From positions 1 through 63,440 of the IMG/VR virus record IMGVR_UViG_3300025133_007312: DNA of 63,440 bases; one strand, given 5' to 3'. Numbering within the stretch: position 1 is the first letter of the stretch; the number at the start of each line of letters is the position of its first letter. This document shows, piece after piece, positions 1-14,200 of the stretch. A program made the position numbers and the translations under genes. This DNA is from a virus (taxonomy: Duplodnaviria; Caudoviricetes). The notes beneath the pieces are model-generated. The model saw only the letters and a list, made by a program, of their open reading frames with translations. It did not search any database and was not told the DNA's origin.

Positions 1-9
1 TAATGCTTT

Positions 10-678
10 TTAATAAGAGGGCAACAGTGTTTCTTCTAATTGAAAAGCATTACGTTGTGCCGAACTTGATACATAAGATTCATAATTCATTACATTTTCA
101 TAAGTTTGATTATAATAATTGTATATAACCTCAACGGACGCACCTTTCATATCAGGGGGATTATTAATTAAGTTCTTGTACCTGTCATCCACTGCAAAAC
201 CAAAATCGAATGTCAGTTCCTCAAATTTATTATTTACACCATATTGCGGGGGTGTAACTCCCAATGGATTAGAAACCCCCTGTAAAGATGTAAGGGAGTT
301 AATCCAGTTATGTAAAGAAGGTTGTTGATTGTAAGTACCGCTTTCGTCGTCAGAGGTACTAAACGCACCCCCTGGGGATCGAAGAATGGGTTCAATTTTT
401 AATATTTCTTTGTCCCAATTTGTCACCATGTTTGTTGGTTGAGCGCCACGGTTTTGGGCGAAAACCAGACTGCTTATTTTATAAGAAATAGATCCAGCAA
501 CAGAAGTGCGATCCGAGACAAACTCGCCCGAAGAATCATAAACCTTGCCCAACCTATAGCGAATTAAATCAACATTATCTGGTTTATAGATAATGGTCTG
601 CTTTCCTAAAGGGGGCGTCGTTTCATCATTATATGATGCAGAGGAAAATAATTTAATGTCGGTTTGTAATGGGGTCAT
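10..678 (-). CDS. hypothetical protein, probably virion-associated
   Basis: 222-aa ORF coupled by a TAATG overlap to the upstream structural-module gene; no recognisable motif. Confidence 0.55.
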   Translation of the reverse strand: MTPLQTDIKLFSSASYNDETTPPLGKQTIIYKPDNVDLIRYRLGKVYDSSGEFVSDRTSVAGSISYKISSLVFAQNRGAQPTNMVTNWDKEILKIEPILRSPGGAFSTSDDESGTYNQQPSLHNWINSLTSLQGVSNPLGVTPPQYGVNNKFEELTFDFGFAVDDRYKNLINNPPDMKGASVEVIYNYYNQTYENVMNYESYVSSSAQRNAFQLEETLLPSY

Positions 679-3600
679 TAGTATTGAGAAACCCCTCTTG
701 GTACACGCAAAGTGGATGAATTTCTGACACCAGAAATATTATTACGCTGAGATAATGGGGATTGATTAGGGGAAACATTTTCTCTATAATATGTTATTTG
801 ATATTGTGGATTGTCCAAAGTTATTGACAGCGAATTTGATTGCTGCGGTTGCTCCTCTCTCTCTTCCATAATTATATTACTTTCGTTGTTACTTATGAAA
901 AAATAATTATCAATTATAGGTAAATTATTATCATATTGAATATTAAAAGAAGGGTTAGAGTAGGGCAGCAACCTACAAAGCAATTTTTTATTAGATGTTC
1001 TTGCTTTATCAAAAACATTTTTTGTGAGAGGTCGCCAAATATCATCTTTAACCGAAATATTCCCATTTTTATTCTGTTGGTATCCACTTAAATATTGTAC
1101 CACGGCAATATTTTGAAATAAGTTTTTAGCAATATTTTGAATCGCTGGTGTTGAAAAGGGGTCTTGATTAATAAGACTTGTTATTTCGGGGCGTATTGCA
1201 GGAGATGGGGAAAAATTAATATCTTTTATGATGTCCTGTGCTATGATGAGCGCCTTTAGTTGATTAGGTAAAACAGATATAACCTGGTTTGAATCGTCAC
1301 AATCTGTAGAAAGGACTTCAGGATTAAATTGTGAAATGTTTGGTTTTTCTGCTTTGAGCACCATTTCACTAGATAACATAGATTTAAAAAAAGTGGTAGA
1401 TTTAGCAATTTTGCTTGCAGTTGATTTTTTAGAGATTTTATTCTTTTTCAAACTACCACCTACATCATTTAATGATGCACCCTTGGAAATATTGTTATTG
1501 GTTGCCTTAAAAATTTTAGGGTTATTTTCGTCGCTCACAACTGAGGTTCCATATGTAACAGAGAAAAAGTTATCGAGTTTTCCATTTAAGGAATTAACTT
1601 CCTTGTCTAAGGAATTCTTTCCAACAGATCCAAGATTACTATTTAAATTTTGATTATTTTTGGAAGAAAGTCCCGTTATTACCATATCTACATATTGATC
1701 ATCAAATGATAATACAGATTCGATACAATCAGGTTTTTCTCCCTGGTTGTAAACAATTGAAGGGGTGAAATAACTATAAGAGGAAATATCCAGATTCATC
1801 TGGGCATTGGGTAATGAAGGTACAGATACATCAGCATTAGGCGAAGAATAGATTTTTTCTACTTCGCTGTTCTTATACTCAACAAACTTTTCATAAGAAA
1901 TAACTCTAATCCCCGGTGTTTGATTGGGGAGATCCTCATCCCTCATTTTGAAAAATACATTACCAAAATTTTTTAATATTTTAGTATCAACAAAAGTATC
2001 CCGAAATATATGATTTATTTTAATCTGATTGATCAAGGGATTGTTGTTATTTCTGCTTGCGCGACTCTTAGACACAGTATTTTGCTGATCTTTGGTCCCG
2101 TAATTTTTTCTAGAGAGGACAACGTTTCTACTTAATGTGTCGCTCATTTGCTGGAGGATTTCTAAAATTCTTATATATCCGTCCGAGGTTCCCGAAAAAG
2201 GGTTGAGAATATTTCTCATGGTCATCAAAGCGTTATCTCGTATATTTTGAGGGAACTCATTATAAGAAATTAAATTAAACGCCTCCATATAAACGGCGGG
2301 GATATCATCCCAGAAATCCCCGGAGATATTGATTAATTCTGTGTTATAGGAAATGTCCTTTATAAAAGAATTAGTAAACTTGTTCATTACCCCATCATAA
2401 AACTTTTGTTGATTTCTATTAGATAAGTTCTGTTTATCAAATGATTCTTCAACAGTTTTACGATCTTTTGTTATACCTATAACATGATTAATTTTTTTTA
2501 GTTTGTTTATCTGTTCACTAATTCGTGTTTTCAATTTTCCGAAATAATCAGATCTGTTATCCTCTATTTCTAACTCAATTTCATATTGATATAGTTCATT
2601 GTTGCGCTCACTAATTGATTTATCGGTGCCAACAATATAAATAATATTTTTAGAATTTTGCCGAATCAGGATATTTGAACGAGATGCTAATTGCGATACT
2701 CCATCGCCCGAAGAAGGGAGTGCATGAAATTCGCCATTTACATTTTTTGCCTCTATTATCATTTCTCTAGTGCGATCTACTAAATATGATTTTTGAAATT
2801 CCTTAGTATACCCCTTTCCTGTTTTAATGTACTCAAGCGCCGTTTCTCCTTTTTTATCCATATCGGCACTCTCCACACTTGACAAAGCAAGCACGGGATT
2901 AAAAGGTTTAGATGTGGAAAATACTTCTTCATCTAATTCAACTAACGGTCCACCTTTAGATTTAATTCTATAAACTTTAACAGAGGAAATGTTTATATAT
3001 GGCATTAATTTGTTAATCGAATAAGATTTTAAATTCAAACTGTCTAGTGTCTTTGCCCTTACCAGGGAATTCATATCCACAGCAAAAGTAAAATCTATGT
3101 TCCCATTTGATTCTCGGGAAGTATATAAATTTGAAAAAATAGAATTGTTAACAACAGCGTTATTTTTTTGCTTGTTTTCTTCAACTGGTCTTTTAAATAA
3201 AGTATTATTTGCCACCATATTTAAAGATCGTAAATCGTGAATAGTGCTATTTTTAACAATGGTCCGGTCAAGAATAGGTTGGGCGCGAGTTCCACCATGT
3301 ACCATTCCCCCCATATATCCAGTATAGGGTTGTCCATTGACTTCTACATCCCCATCGTGGTAATGAACTTCACCAGTCCAAACTTTACCCCCATTGGGTC
3401 CTGTGGTTTTAAAAACTGAAGATTCCCTAACCACTTCTCCGCTTAAAATAACCATTTCTTGTGTTATTTTAGAAATAGTGGGAATATCTAAGTCTCTAGT
3501 CTCACTTTCAACGTATGTAAATGCCGAATAACATAAGTGGTCTTGTTCTTCAGGAATTAAAACTAAACTATCGTTTCCTGGGGTGTTTTGCTTGGACGGA

Positions 3601-4127
3601 AATGAAACCACCTTATTGAAACTATATACGATTCCTTGTGGGGTTGCATTTGACTCTGCGAATTTTTGAGGAAGGGAATTTTCACTCTGATCGCCCAATA
3701 ATTCTTTCAATGTAAAAAACGCGATACTGGTTCCATCAAGTAAAGATTTAGAAAAGTGGTCGTTGGATGTGTTCTGAATTTTTAATATCTGTGTCGATGA
3801 ATTAATTTTTCTCCATTGTTGAGTTGCGGCGGGTTTGGTAGTTTGGACTACTGCTATCTTTATCGCATCTTTGATCTTTTTAGAAGATGGATTTTTAAAC
3901 CAGGTAGAATATTTGCCGTTGTATATATCCTTTAATACTACATTTATATCGATTTTTAAAAATTTACCACTTGGTGATGAATTTGTGGAAGGGGCGTTAT
4001 CTTTTTCAGTAAGCAGCGCACCCTTCATTTCTTGAATGGTGATCCTGTCAAAATATACAGTAGGAAAAGTTTCGCCTACGATGGTCTTCCCATCTAAAGA
4101 AATGCTGGTATCAATATTTAAAGTCAT
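678..4127 (-). CDS. large hypothetical protein, probably virion structural
   Basis: About 1150-aa ORF; ATG at 4127 forms an ATGA overlap with the upstream stop; lies in the baseplate operon. Confidence 0.65.
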   Translation of the reverse strand: MTLNIDTSISLDGKTIVGETFPTVYFDRITIQEMKGALLTEKDNAPSTNSSPSGKFLKIDINVVLKDIYNGKYSTWFKNPSSKKIKDAIKIAVVQTTKPAATQQWRKINSSTQILKIQNTSNDHFSKSLLDGTSIAFFTLKELLGDQSENSLPQKFAESNATPQGIVYSFNKVVSFPSKQNTPGNDSLVLIPEEQDHLCYSAFTYVESETRDLDIPTISKITQEMVILSGEVVRESSVFKTTGPNGGKVWTGEVHYHDGDVEVNGQPYTGYMGGMVHGGTRAQPILDRTIVKNSTIHDLRSLNMVANNTLFKRPVEENKQKNNAVVNNSIFSNLYTSRESNGNIDFTFAVDMNSLVRAKTLDSLNLKSYSINKLMPYINISSVKVYRIKSKGGPLVELDEEVFSTSKPFNPVLALSSVESADMDKKGETALEYIKTGKGYTKEFQKSYLVDRTREMIIEAKNVNGEFHALPSSGDGVSQLASRSNILIRQNSKNIIYIVGTDKSISERNNELYQYEIELEIEDNRSDYFGKLKTRISEQINKLKKINHVIGITKDRKTVEESFDKQNLSNRNQQKFYDGVMNKFTNSFIKDISYNTELINISGDFWDDIPAVYMEAFNLISYNEFPQNIRDNALMTMRNILNPFSGTSDGYIRILEILQQMSDTLSRNVVLSRKNYGTKDQQNTVSKSRASRNNNNPLINQIKINHIFRDTFVDTKILKNFGNVFFKMRDEDLPNQTPGIRVISYEKFVEYKNSEVEKIYSSPNADVSVPSLPNAQMNLDISSYSYFTPSIVYNQGEKPDCIESVLSFDDQYVDMVITGLSSKNNQNLNSNLGSVGKNSLDKEVNSLNGKLDNFFSVTYGTSVVSDENNPKIFKATNNNISKGASLNDVGGSLKKNKISKKSTASKIAKSTTFFKSMLSSEMVLKAEKPNISQFNPEVLSTDCDDSNQVISVLPNQLKALIIAQDIIKDINFSPSPAIRPEITSLINQDPFSTPAIQNIAKNLFQNIAVVQYLSGYQQNKNGNISVKDDIWRPLTKNVFDKARTSNKKLLCRLLPYSNPSFNIQYDNNLPIIDNYFFISNNESNIIMEEREEQPQQSNSLSITLDNPQYQITYYRENVSPNQSPLSQRNNISGVRNSSTLRVPRGVSQY

Positions 4128-5263
4128 TCGCAATCCCCTATTTTATTACCTGTGGCGTCTGTTTCAAAAACTTTTGAATTATCAAACTGCTCTCGTTTTT
4201 CTATCTTGGAGCAATCCAAATCCCGTTCCGAAAAAATTCCTTGAGAGTTATCAACTGTTAATTTACAAAGTGTTTCTTCATCAATTTCATTATCCATATC
4301 AATTGAAAAATAATACCCCACATAACTTGAATCTAGGTCTAAACTTCTCATCTCATTAAGATCCCCTTCGGTTTCATTAAGAAATCCCCGAGATGTTGCA
4401 TCTCTTATGATTTCGTCACTATCCTCGTCAACAAGTATTCCATCTTTCACTAGTTCGGTCTTTTTCACAAAATAAAGGGGAGTCATATTTTGCTTCTTTT
4501 CGCCGCTAAAGTCTTCATCTTCTACTTCATAAACTTCAATGTCAAAATTCTGTTCACCGAAGAATACATTATTTTCTGCTATAGCAATAATGATCTCCTC
4601 ATCTCCTGGGATGATATTTATAAAACTTTCATCTTCTTCAAAATAATAATCATATTCAGTCACGTCTGAGTTTGCAGGCACTTTGCCAACAATGGTTTGA
4701 TATTCCACTGGATTTAAATTAAGTTGTGGGATTCTTTCTGTTGTAAATGCACCCGTTAAGTGATTAGAGGAAGATGATACAAGTCCCTGGAGGGTTGATA
4801 TATTCCATGAGGGCGCACTGTTGGTGTTCAAGTCAGAACTTCCAATAGGATAAGTAAGGGAATAAAATTTATCTGCGTCTGCTTGAATGGGCGGAAGAAA
4901 TGCATTTTCTTTAGGTGTGATTTCTGTGTATTCTATGCGTTCCATAGATGAATCTGAGGTGAAGGGGTCGGTAATGATCATCACCTCTTTATCTTCAAAA
5001 GTAAATCTTTCCCTTACCTTCGCGACTTTTGTCTCACATCCCGCATAATTTGCTTGTGCCTCAAGGCGTGGAGTGTCGTTTTTTATGCGATTTTGTATAT
5101 CATTTTGAAGTTCTGTTGTGGAGGCATACTCACTGTCATATAGAACCCCATCATCGAAAAAACTATAGTAATGTGGACTAAATTTACCCTTAGAAATCAA
5201 ATATCTCCCATAGGACGTAATCTCTATGTCAATAACCTGTTCTTTTCCGTTTAAAAACTTCAT
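4124..5263 (-). CDS. hypothetical structural protein (tail/baseplate region)
   Basis: 379-aa acidic ORF with a GAGGG SD; follows the giant baseplate gene. Confidence 0.65.
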   Translation of the reverse strand: MKFLNGKEQVIDIEITSYGRYLISKGKFSPHYYSFFDDGVLYDSEYASTTELQNDIQNRIKNDTPRLEAQANYAGCETKVAKVRERFTFEDKEVMIITDPFTSDSSMERIEYTEITPKENAFLPPIQADADKFYSLTYPIGSSDLNTNSAPSWNISTLQGLVSSSSNHLTGAFTTERIPQLNLNPVEYQTIVGKVPANSDVTEYDYYFEEDESFINIIPGDEEIIIAIAENNVFFGEQNFDIEVYEVEDEDFSGEKKQNMTPLYFVKKTELVKDGILVDEDSDEIIRDATSRGFLNETEGDLNEMRSLDLDSSYVGYYFSIDMDNEIDEETLCKLTVDNSQGIFSERDLDCSKIEKREQFDNSKVFETDATGNKIGDCE

Positions 5264-5277
5264 CGTGCCCTCTTTAT

Positions 5278-8200
5278 TTAAGTATCATCTTCGCTAATTT
5301 CAGATCCAGGTAACACAAATGTATTTTCAGTTTCAATTTGTGCCAGTTCAACAAGCGAAAAGAAATCATATGGCCAATTATAACTGTACGGAAGTTTTTT
5401 CTTGCCAAGACTAAATGCTAAATTAAATTGTTCGTCGTCCGAATTGGATGGGGTAACATCAAAATAATTATAAGATGCGCGTTTCTTGACCTTGAAAACC
5501 ATCCAACGTGTATCAGGGGGTAATTGCTTGCCGTGGAAAAATTCATCGTTTCCTGTGGGGTGACTGAATGTGTTATCATCAATACTTGGATCAGACATTT
5601 CTGGATTCGTGGATATTCTCGGCATAATTCCTTGCCAAATATCTGCTAAATCTTGAGCATTCAAGTAATGATTAAACTCGAATATATACATCGCAAAAGG
5701 ATTAATTTTTGAACGACCCTTACCATAAGTCATAAAATCTAGTTCAGGGGGAATAACATAATTGTCCATCAGTGATAACATTTTTGTAATTGATTCGCTA
5801 GGTTTTGCGTTTCCATCATTATCAGTTGGGATATTAAATAAGTTATCCTCTTTGTTTTGTTCATACCATTTCTTATAAAAATCGTATGTGCGAGTTTTAA
5901 TTCTAAAGAAATTCCTATCAAGAACTGGCGTTGTTTGTGCATACTTAGAAGAACGAGCGTAAGCACTTGGCGAATAAGGAATTGCTATTATCGCTTCACT
6001 TATTTTCTTAACGTCTGCGACTTCTCCAACTTTACGAATCTGGGGAGTATCAAAGCATTTCTGGAGCAGAGAAGCAGAACCAGGGTTATATCCCTCTTTA
6101 AAGGTTTCTTCGATTCCAAACGTTACTCCGTTACTGGATGTTAATAACTGTCCATATCCACTCCACATTCCTCTACCGAATTGTTCAACACGAGGTTGAT
6201 TACTAAAATCTAATACAGGTGTTTCCATTTTAGGACTAATGATCCATCGATTGCGACTTTCATCTGGGGCGTCAACCACTTCTAATAAATTGCCTTTATC
6301 GTCAAAGCGTGATTGTTTCTCAGTTAAAATACCAAATGTGTTAATGGATGCACTTAATTGCATCGCGCCTTCTTCGGCGGGGTAAGTGATTCGATCTGTG
6401 GTGGAAACTTGTGCATATGTGATGGAACCACTCTCCTCTCGAATGGTAACATCTGGATAAAGAGTTCCGGTCACAACTACCGTACTAGTGTAAAGTGTCT
6501 CCCACAAAGTTGGATCTCCATATTTATAAAGGGTTTGTGCGCCATTGACCGTATCATTATCTCCCACTCTAGGATTGCCGTTGGGATAACTTGTGTCTGC
6601 TTGAGAGGTCTGGGGACAGTATTGATATTTCAAAATCCCGTTATCTTCAATTAAAATTCTAAACCACCCGCCTGCTTGATAGGGGAGTGACGGGTTAAAT
6701 ACATTAGACCCATCTTCCCAAATATATATTTGACTGCCACCAGTTTTTGAATCAGCCGAAGATTGAATAGCATAATTAACGTCGGGGTAACTCGCGCTCG
6801 CATGTGGGTTATCGTTTAACCCAACAAAAACATTTTTGTCCTCTTGAGGTACTTGCCACTCAAAAAACTGACCGATATTTACCGATCTAGAATTTGCAGA
6901 AATCGCACCTAAGTCCCAGGCGACCGCTGCGCTTGTTTTTCGTAAACTAAAGTATTCTCCAATCGCGGAACTAGAACATTCGAAAACGCCGGTCGCGCCT
7001 CCGGAAGAAGATGTAACCCAAGAAATAAAGTTTGATCTTTTCTGTAACTTAGTAAAATTATCATATAACCCCTCGTTCCCGTAGTCAATTTCAGACTTCT
7101 CAAACATTTTTTTATAACTAAAATTACCTTTTTCGTCTTCTTCGTCAGCAACATATTTAATTGTAGCGGTGGACTTTCCGTAAAAATAAGGCGGGGTATA
7201 AGGGGCATATAAAGGATCTCCCGCATTTTCTGTAAACATAAAATATCCATATTCAGGAAGCGTGTCAAAATATAGGGGGCAATCTTCATTGAATAAATAT
7301 TCATCGCTGTTATACCCACCACTCACTGGTGGTCCAAAAAATTGCCCATTATAAGTTCTATATTGTGTTATGGTATAAGGTTGTCCATTGTTGGGTTCAT
7401 TTAAATAATCATCGATCATTATAACACCTTTGTCCTTTTCCACCGTAAGGTTGATATAATATGCCGTGCCAGAAACCAAAGATATTTCATCCTGCCTCTG
7501 TGATTTAATAGATTTTAGACGCGCTCCTTCTAAAAAGAACGTAGGAATTTCAGCAAGAAAATTATTTATTCCCAGTCTATAAAGATTGTATTCTGCCGAA
7601 GATATACCTTGAGTGCGAGCATCAGTGTTCATATAAACATAGGGTTCGCGGGGTTGCTGGAATCCTCTTGATCCGGTGTCCAACACGCCATTAGCATATT
7701 GTTGAAGTCCGGTATAAGTAGGATAAAGAAGCGATAATTTAGTATTCACCGCACTTCCACTATTTGATGGAATGCCTATATCTGATAAAGGATCTAATAT
7801 TGATTCAAATGGTATGCGATAATTCGCGGAAGACGAAAGGTTAATACCAAAAGTGTTTGCGTCTGTGTCATTTGATGCATCCCCAACACTCGAAGTGTAC
7901 GCTGCCCAGTCTACGGCGATACCCGATTTTATCGTATTATACATAATACCTGGCGCATAATAAGGTTGGAGTGCAGACTGTAGGGCGAGCGCCCCTGAAT
8001 TTTCAAAACTAGAAGTAATAGCAAGTCCATCTCTCCACCCTAGTCCGCTGATATAAGGTCCCACTGATTGAGAAAATAATGTTGCCAGTTGAAGAGATCG
8101 CTGTGACGGATAAAATCCGTTATAAGGCAAGAGTTTCTTTACACCGTTACACGTCAAAGATATATGTCCCAAATCTAAGTCGCTCGAAAATTCACCAAAA

Positions 8201-11200
8201 TAATTTTGAAAATCAGTATTGGAGTAGTCATTAAAAAAGGATTCATTGAACCCTCGTGCCTCACCAGATGACTCTATTAACGCACTAGAAGTAATGGGCG
8301 CACCATTAAGCGTTAAGAACTTATCATTATTTTTTCTGAAATTGAATTCTGAATAATAATCCATATGCTCTGAAATTCTAAACTCAGGAAGAATAGTAAA
8401 GTTAGGTGCAACCTTGCTGATGTCTTGACTATAATCTTCATACGAATCAAACCAGGGATTTTTGCCTGCAAGTTGGGCAGTCTTCCAGGCGAGTTTATTT
8501 AAAGATGCGGTCTGGTCCTGTCCTATAGTTTTAGAGCGATGATAATAATAAGCAGATGCAGTAGGATAAAATGTGGTTTGGTGTGCCCACGAACCAGTTA
8601 CGGATGACCCAGAAGATATACCAACATACCCGGCAATAGTTTGCCAATTTGGAGAATTTAATTCACCAGTATCAGGAAAAAGTGAAATAATATATTCACT
8701 ACCTGATAAATAATCATCAACATCGGAATTTGGTGGGAATAAGGACTGGGGATTAATAAGCCACCACACATAAGTTCCATCGCCCCAAACTGTATCACAG
8801 AAAGTAAGTGGTGTGGACCCCATTCCATAAATGCTGGTTGCTGCGCCGTCTAAATAACCCTGCGAATTGGGTAATGTAGTATAGACAAAGGGCATTACAC
8901 TAGAAGTGAGAGTATGTGTGTCGCCAGGGTATTGTGCGGGCGTATACTCAGTTCCCTCAAAAGAAATTCTACGATTCCTTAAATCTGCTTGGTCCCTCCA
9001 CATCGATCTTCTCAAAAGAGGTCCACGATCAATACCATTAGAACCCGTAGAAAATGATGCTGACCCATCAGTCACTGTGGCAGTTTCTGCATAATCTGTA
9101 CGTGTTCGAGTTTTTGCCAAACCAGTTAAGGCATCACGAGGATAAATAATTTCGCCATACTTGTTTTGAACGAGTGTTATATTATTGGCGTCTATAATCT
9201 GGTCATACATCTCCTGTGTGTTTGGTTCTACAAAACCAATATAATCAGTAATAGACCCAGAATTTCCGATAGGTTGAGAAAAATACTGTTTTTTATTTCC
9301 ATAGGGGTGAACAATGGTAGTACGATTACCTTCATTATCCCCCACAATACTTTCTAAAGATTTATTCTTAAAACTAACCGGGGGTTCTACAAAATTTTTA
9401 AATGCGGAGGGGCGTCTGTCAAGATATTGAGCAACTTGCCCCGGACCATTTCCATCAGGTAGAGTTACTACAGAAGGTGCGGGTGATACAGATAAGATAT
9501 TATTTTTCTTGTGGTAACGAGCGATTGGCGTTTCGCCAGTACGACTCTGTTTCCACGAAGGATATTGATAAGGTCCATTTAAATTCAAAAAATAATAAGG
9601 AATATCACGAGAAATGCCCGAATTGCTTGCGAAGTATTCCCCAGGACTAATAGTGTTTGTGCTAGAGGTAAGTTGATTAGCGTACCCCTCCATATAATCA
9701 CCGGGAAATTGAATACCAGCAACAGTAAACAGTCCATTGTAAGAACAAGTGACTGAATTAGAGAGTGCGCTATCAGGATGCCCAACCCATAGATTTGTAG
9801 ATTGGAGAAAAGGAACCGCTGATTGAGTAGTTGAAGTTGTGCCCGAAGGGATTGTGAAAGGGGTAACATAACCGAATGTATTACACGCAGACTTAGATAC
9901 CGAAGCAGTTACCCACGCATACTGAAAAACACTTTGGGGGATGGCGTGTTGTACCCACCAATTATCATAAATAACTGAGCATGTACTTTCTTGAGTAACG
10001 ACATGTCGTGGGTTTCTATTAGTTTTATCATAAGCGGCATTTGTGTCATATCCATCAGCACTTACAGAACTCCCAGACTTAATTCCAAATCGTCCGGTAT
10101 ATTCTGAATACCATCCATCAAGTGCTCTCCGCACTGTTAAATTTCTATAATTTAAAGTATTGTATACTGAATATTCAGCGCCGAAAACATTTAATCCGCC
10201 CGCTGTGGTTTCAGGTCCACCAGGGGCGGAAAATCTTTCTACAAAAATAGATTTATTTGTTCCCGTTAGATCATAGCGGGGCATCTCATAGTCAAATAAA
10301 TCCTTAACATACGATGATGAGGCATTAGTGAGGGTCGCACCTTCAGTTTCAATAAAATATCTATTGTTAATTGTGCGACCAGAAGTTTGAAGAATTTCAT
10401 AATCTTCAGAATAGTTCCCGATAGTTTGAGATCCGGTATTATACTTAATATTGCGAATATTAACAGGTTTTTTTGCTGTTCCCTCTCGAAATCTGGTTGC
10501 CCGTGCTTGAGAGTAACTACGGGGAGTGAGTTGGATAGCATTCCCAGTTATATCTAAATTCCATGATTCACCCCTTAAATCCCCATCAGTCTGAGGTGTG
10601 GTGACAATTCCTTGGTGCCGTGCTTGGCGACCACCAACATGCTCTTGGGTGAACGGACCTTGAATTGGAATACCACCTTGATGATAAGAATCGTCGTGAT
10701 AATTTGTGATATTAATGCTTGCTGTCACTCCAGAGGGAAATGTTCCATTTACTGGGGTGTAATTGTTCCTTACTTGCTGAATATATCCTGTATCCGCAGA
10801 AGAACTATAAAGACTAAATGGGGCAATTGTATCTCCTTTTTGACTGCTATATCCCAAGGGGTTTGTGGAATTTTGCAATTTAAAAAATGTTTTTCCTTTC
10901 CCTTTTAGTTTTTGCACTGGACTATTAAACTTAGTAAGTACAACATCGGAGGAGGGGGCAGATAAAGTAATGTTGGTTGCTAATTTTAATTCATCCTTTG
11001 TATAGTCTATGTGTTTCTGTTGGTTTGTGGTATTAGAACCCCCCTCATAGATAATAGGAGATTCGCTCACTATAGAACTCACGGAAACAGCACGAGTACG
11101 ACCTTCACGAATCTCTTCATTCCGTGCCTTCATAGCTTCTTTGATCGAAGAAGTATATTTCGAAATCGAATCTGGTCCTATAATTTTAGCAATTTCGCTT

Positions 11201-14200
11201 AATCTTAAATTAACATCGAGTTTATCCATTTCTTCCCGGTTAGCAATATCATTTAATAAATCTTCTATCAGTTGATCTGCTGGATCTTCGGGGCGAGTTC
11301 GGACAAAGGGGTTCGAAACTGGTAAACTGCGGGCAGCGCCGTAAGGACTATCAGGCATCGCAGTCGATATAGCTTGAACTTCATAAACAAGGGGACTTTC
11401 CGTATCCGCAGTCGGAAACTTAGACCAATATTTATTCCTCTCAAGCACATGACTCTCAACCATGTTCTTCATTCCATCTAAAAAGTTGGCAGATGCAGGT
11501 GCTAATTGCATTAGCATCACTGAAATTGAAGAATCGATCCATTTATAATATTCAAGAAACTTTTCAAAATCTGGATCGTTGGTCACATTTTGAAAATAAA
11601 GTTGGCGGAGTTTTTCTAAATTTTTGTACCCTTGGCGATAACGGTAAACAGGTTCGCCCATAATATTATTAAAATCTACAATAGTGGCAAACATGTTTAA
11701 CATATCTTTAGAAATCACATTATACATGCTCTTTTCAAAAGAGAAATAATAGTCAATAGGTCGAGATGAACGAGTAAATAACTCATCATCAGTTTCACTA
11801 ACAATAGAAACCATATTGGCGCTATTAATAAGTTCGGGTTTTTTCTGAATAGAGGAGTTTACATATTTTCTTGTAACAACAGAATCTCCAACAGGGAAAC
11901 CATGTCCATATCCGGGGTGTTGCATTTGAGTAATGCTGTCTAAAAACGAATATCCCGAAATATTTGCCGACCCAGAGGAGTAGTCAGGAACCACAAATAC
12001 GCCTGTGGTCCCAGTAACAGTTTCAAAATCCCAATTCATCGCTAATGTTTTAATGTCGGGAATATCATAAGGTGCAAGTCCCAATACAGTTCCTGAAACC
12101 GGGAGAAACTGATTATCTCCAGGTGATTTAACACCAAAATTAAAAGGATCTTTTGCATGAGATTTTAAATGCTCATTTTCAATTTTCTTTGCCCACACCC
12201 TACAACTAGAAATTTGAGCATTACATTTTTCCAATAATGTGCTTGTGAAATTTGTTTTATGAGCACCCACAAACATTCTCTTGTCCGCCTGAAGGAAACT
12301 TATACCGGAGGTATCAGAAATTGATGACGAAACGTCAAAACTATTAACAAGATCATCGAGCACATACTGAAAACCAGTAAACCTTACCGTATAGTTAGTG
12401 CTCGTGCTTCCAGAAACAGAACCAACAAAAGGATCTTCAGGATAAACTCTTAAAGATAGATTCCACTTAGAGTCGCTATATACACTTTTAAAAACACTGC
12501 TAGTTAATTCTGGCATAAAACCTCCCGCAGTGCCAGTTAAAACAAAGAATGCCTCATTCCTTTTTAAATTTTTTCTAACTGAATATATCTGAAAATTTCC
12601 AACATCTGGGGTTAACCAAGGTGGGTTACTTGCATCTGTCGTATGGGCACCAAAAATAGAAGAAGAGAGGAAATCAACTGAAAAAGAACCATCAATATTA
12701 TTAGGAGGGTTTGGTTTAAAGAACGCCTCACACTCAAACGTACTTCCAATATTTGCTGGAAGATCAGTGAAGTTAATAATTTCACTTTGGTCAGATGATG
12801 GTGCTGGTCTTTCTTGATATACTGTTGCCTCAAACCGATCAGGGTCAAAAAAGTCAATTGCTTTTTTTCTAACAACTGAATATCTTTCGTTCTCTCTTAA
12901 TTGATAATCGACATTATTTCCGTAAAGGTTAAGATTGACAATCGACTCATCAACACCAAAACACCTAATTAAATTTCTAAATGCTTTTTCTGTACCCTTT
13001 GATTTATAAATGTCTACAAGGTTATTATAGATATTCAAATAAATTAAGTTTTTGGTATCACTAAGTTTTGCTTCAAAATTTTCAGTTTCATTACGAGAAG
13101 CAAGGTATTCTAAAGCGGTGGCATTAGACAAAATCTCATCATTATCCATCCCAAAGGAGCGCAGGATTTCGGACATAAATGGTTGAGGTTTAGACCCACT
13201 AATCACAGTATCATATGAACGTGCCTTAACGTCTTTTAAAGCGCCCATCTGTAATTGTAGTTGGTCGAATTGACTACCCATTATCTGAGTTAGATTTCTA
13301 AGAGGGGAATTAGTTTTTGATTGATCTTCGTTGGTTATCCAACTTGGTAATGACCAATAAAGCGCAGAATTATTCTCAGCATCATAAAGTTTCCCTTGGT
13401 CAATATATGTGGTGCGTAAATCAGAAACTAGAGGGTTGGCAAGATATATAATCGGATCTTTAAATTCTGATGCTGCGGCGTCTGAAAGAACCATCGCAGA
13501 TCCTGTATTTCTCGACCCAACTGAGTATCCTGTCCAGGTTCCGTTAGAGGAGCGACCGGCATAATCTAAAACTACTGCGTCTTGAGAATCAATGGAGGAG
13601 GTATCTATGATGCCCTCATTAAACTTATAATAAATGCCCAAATCGGCATTATTGGAAAAATCGTATTTTTTTGATGAACTGACCGCTAATTCATAATCTG
13701 TATTGGTGCCGCCATTAATGCTGGTAAACCAGTTTTCTTGAATATCTTTTTCGGTCCTTGCGGTCTTCCAGATGCGGAAATCATCAAGAGATCCAGATAG
13801 TTTGCCAGCACCTTCTCCCGCATAATCAGGATTGGCGGAAAGCGCCCCCAAATACCCCACCATTGAACCTGTAATTTTACCAATTGAATCACCACCACCC
13901 ACAACGCTCCCCACTGTCTGGAATGCACCATTAACATAAAGGCGAGAGGACAAACTAGAACCATCATTTTTAAAAGTGAGTGCATAATGCCTCCATGTGT
14001 CATCATCTATAGGGTCGCCTGAGAGTATCAATTGATATTGGGAACTTACAGATCCCGATGTGAGATTGGCATATATGTTATTATCGGACACTCCCTCTAT
14101 AAACACCAAAAAACTGCCTTTCGATGCAGCATCTGATGAACCATTCCAAATATCTACGATAACTTGCCTATCTGATTGGGATCCTACATCAAAATCTGGT

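Noticed and set aside
1-60. Possible premature stop or frameshift at the end of the 222-aa ORF
   Set aside because: Only 9 nt of downstream sequence are visible, so it cannot be assessed
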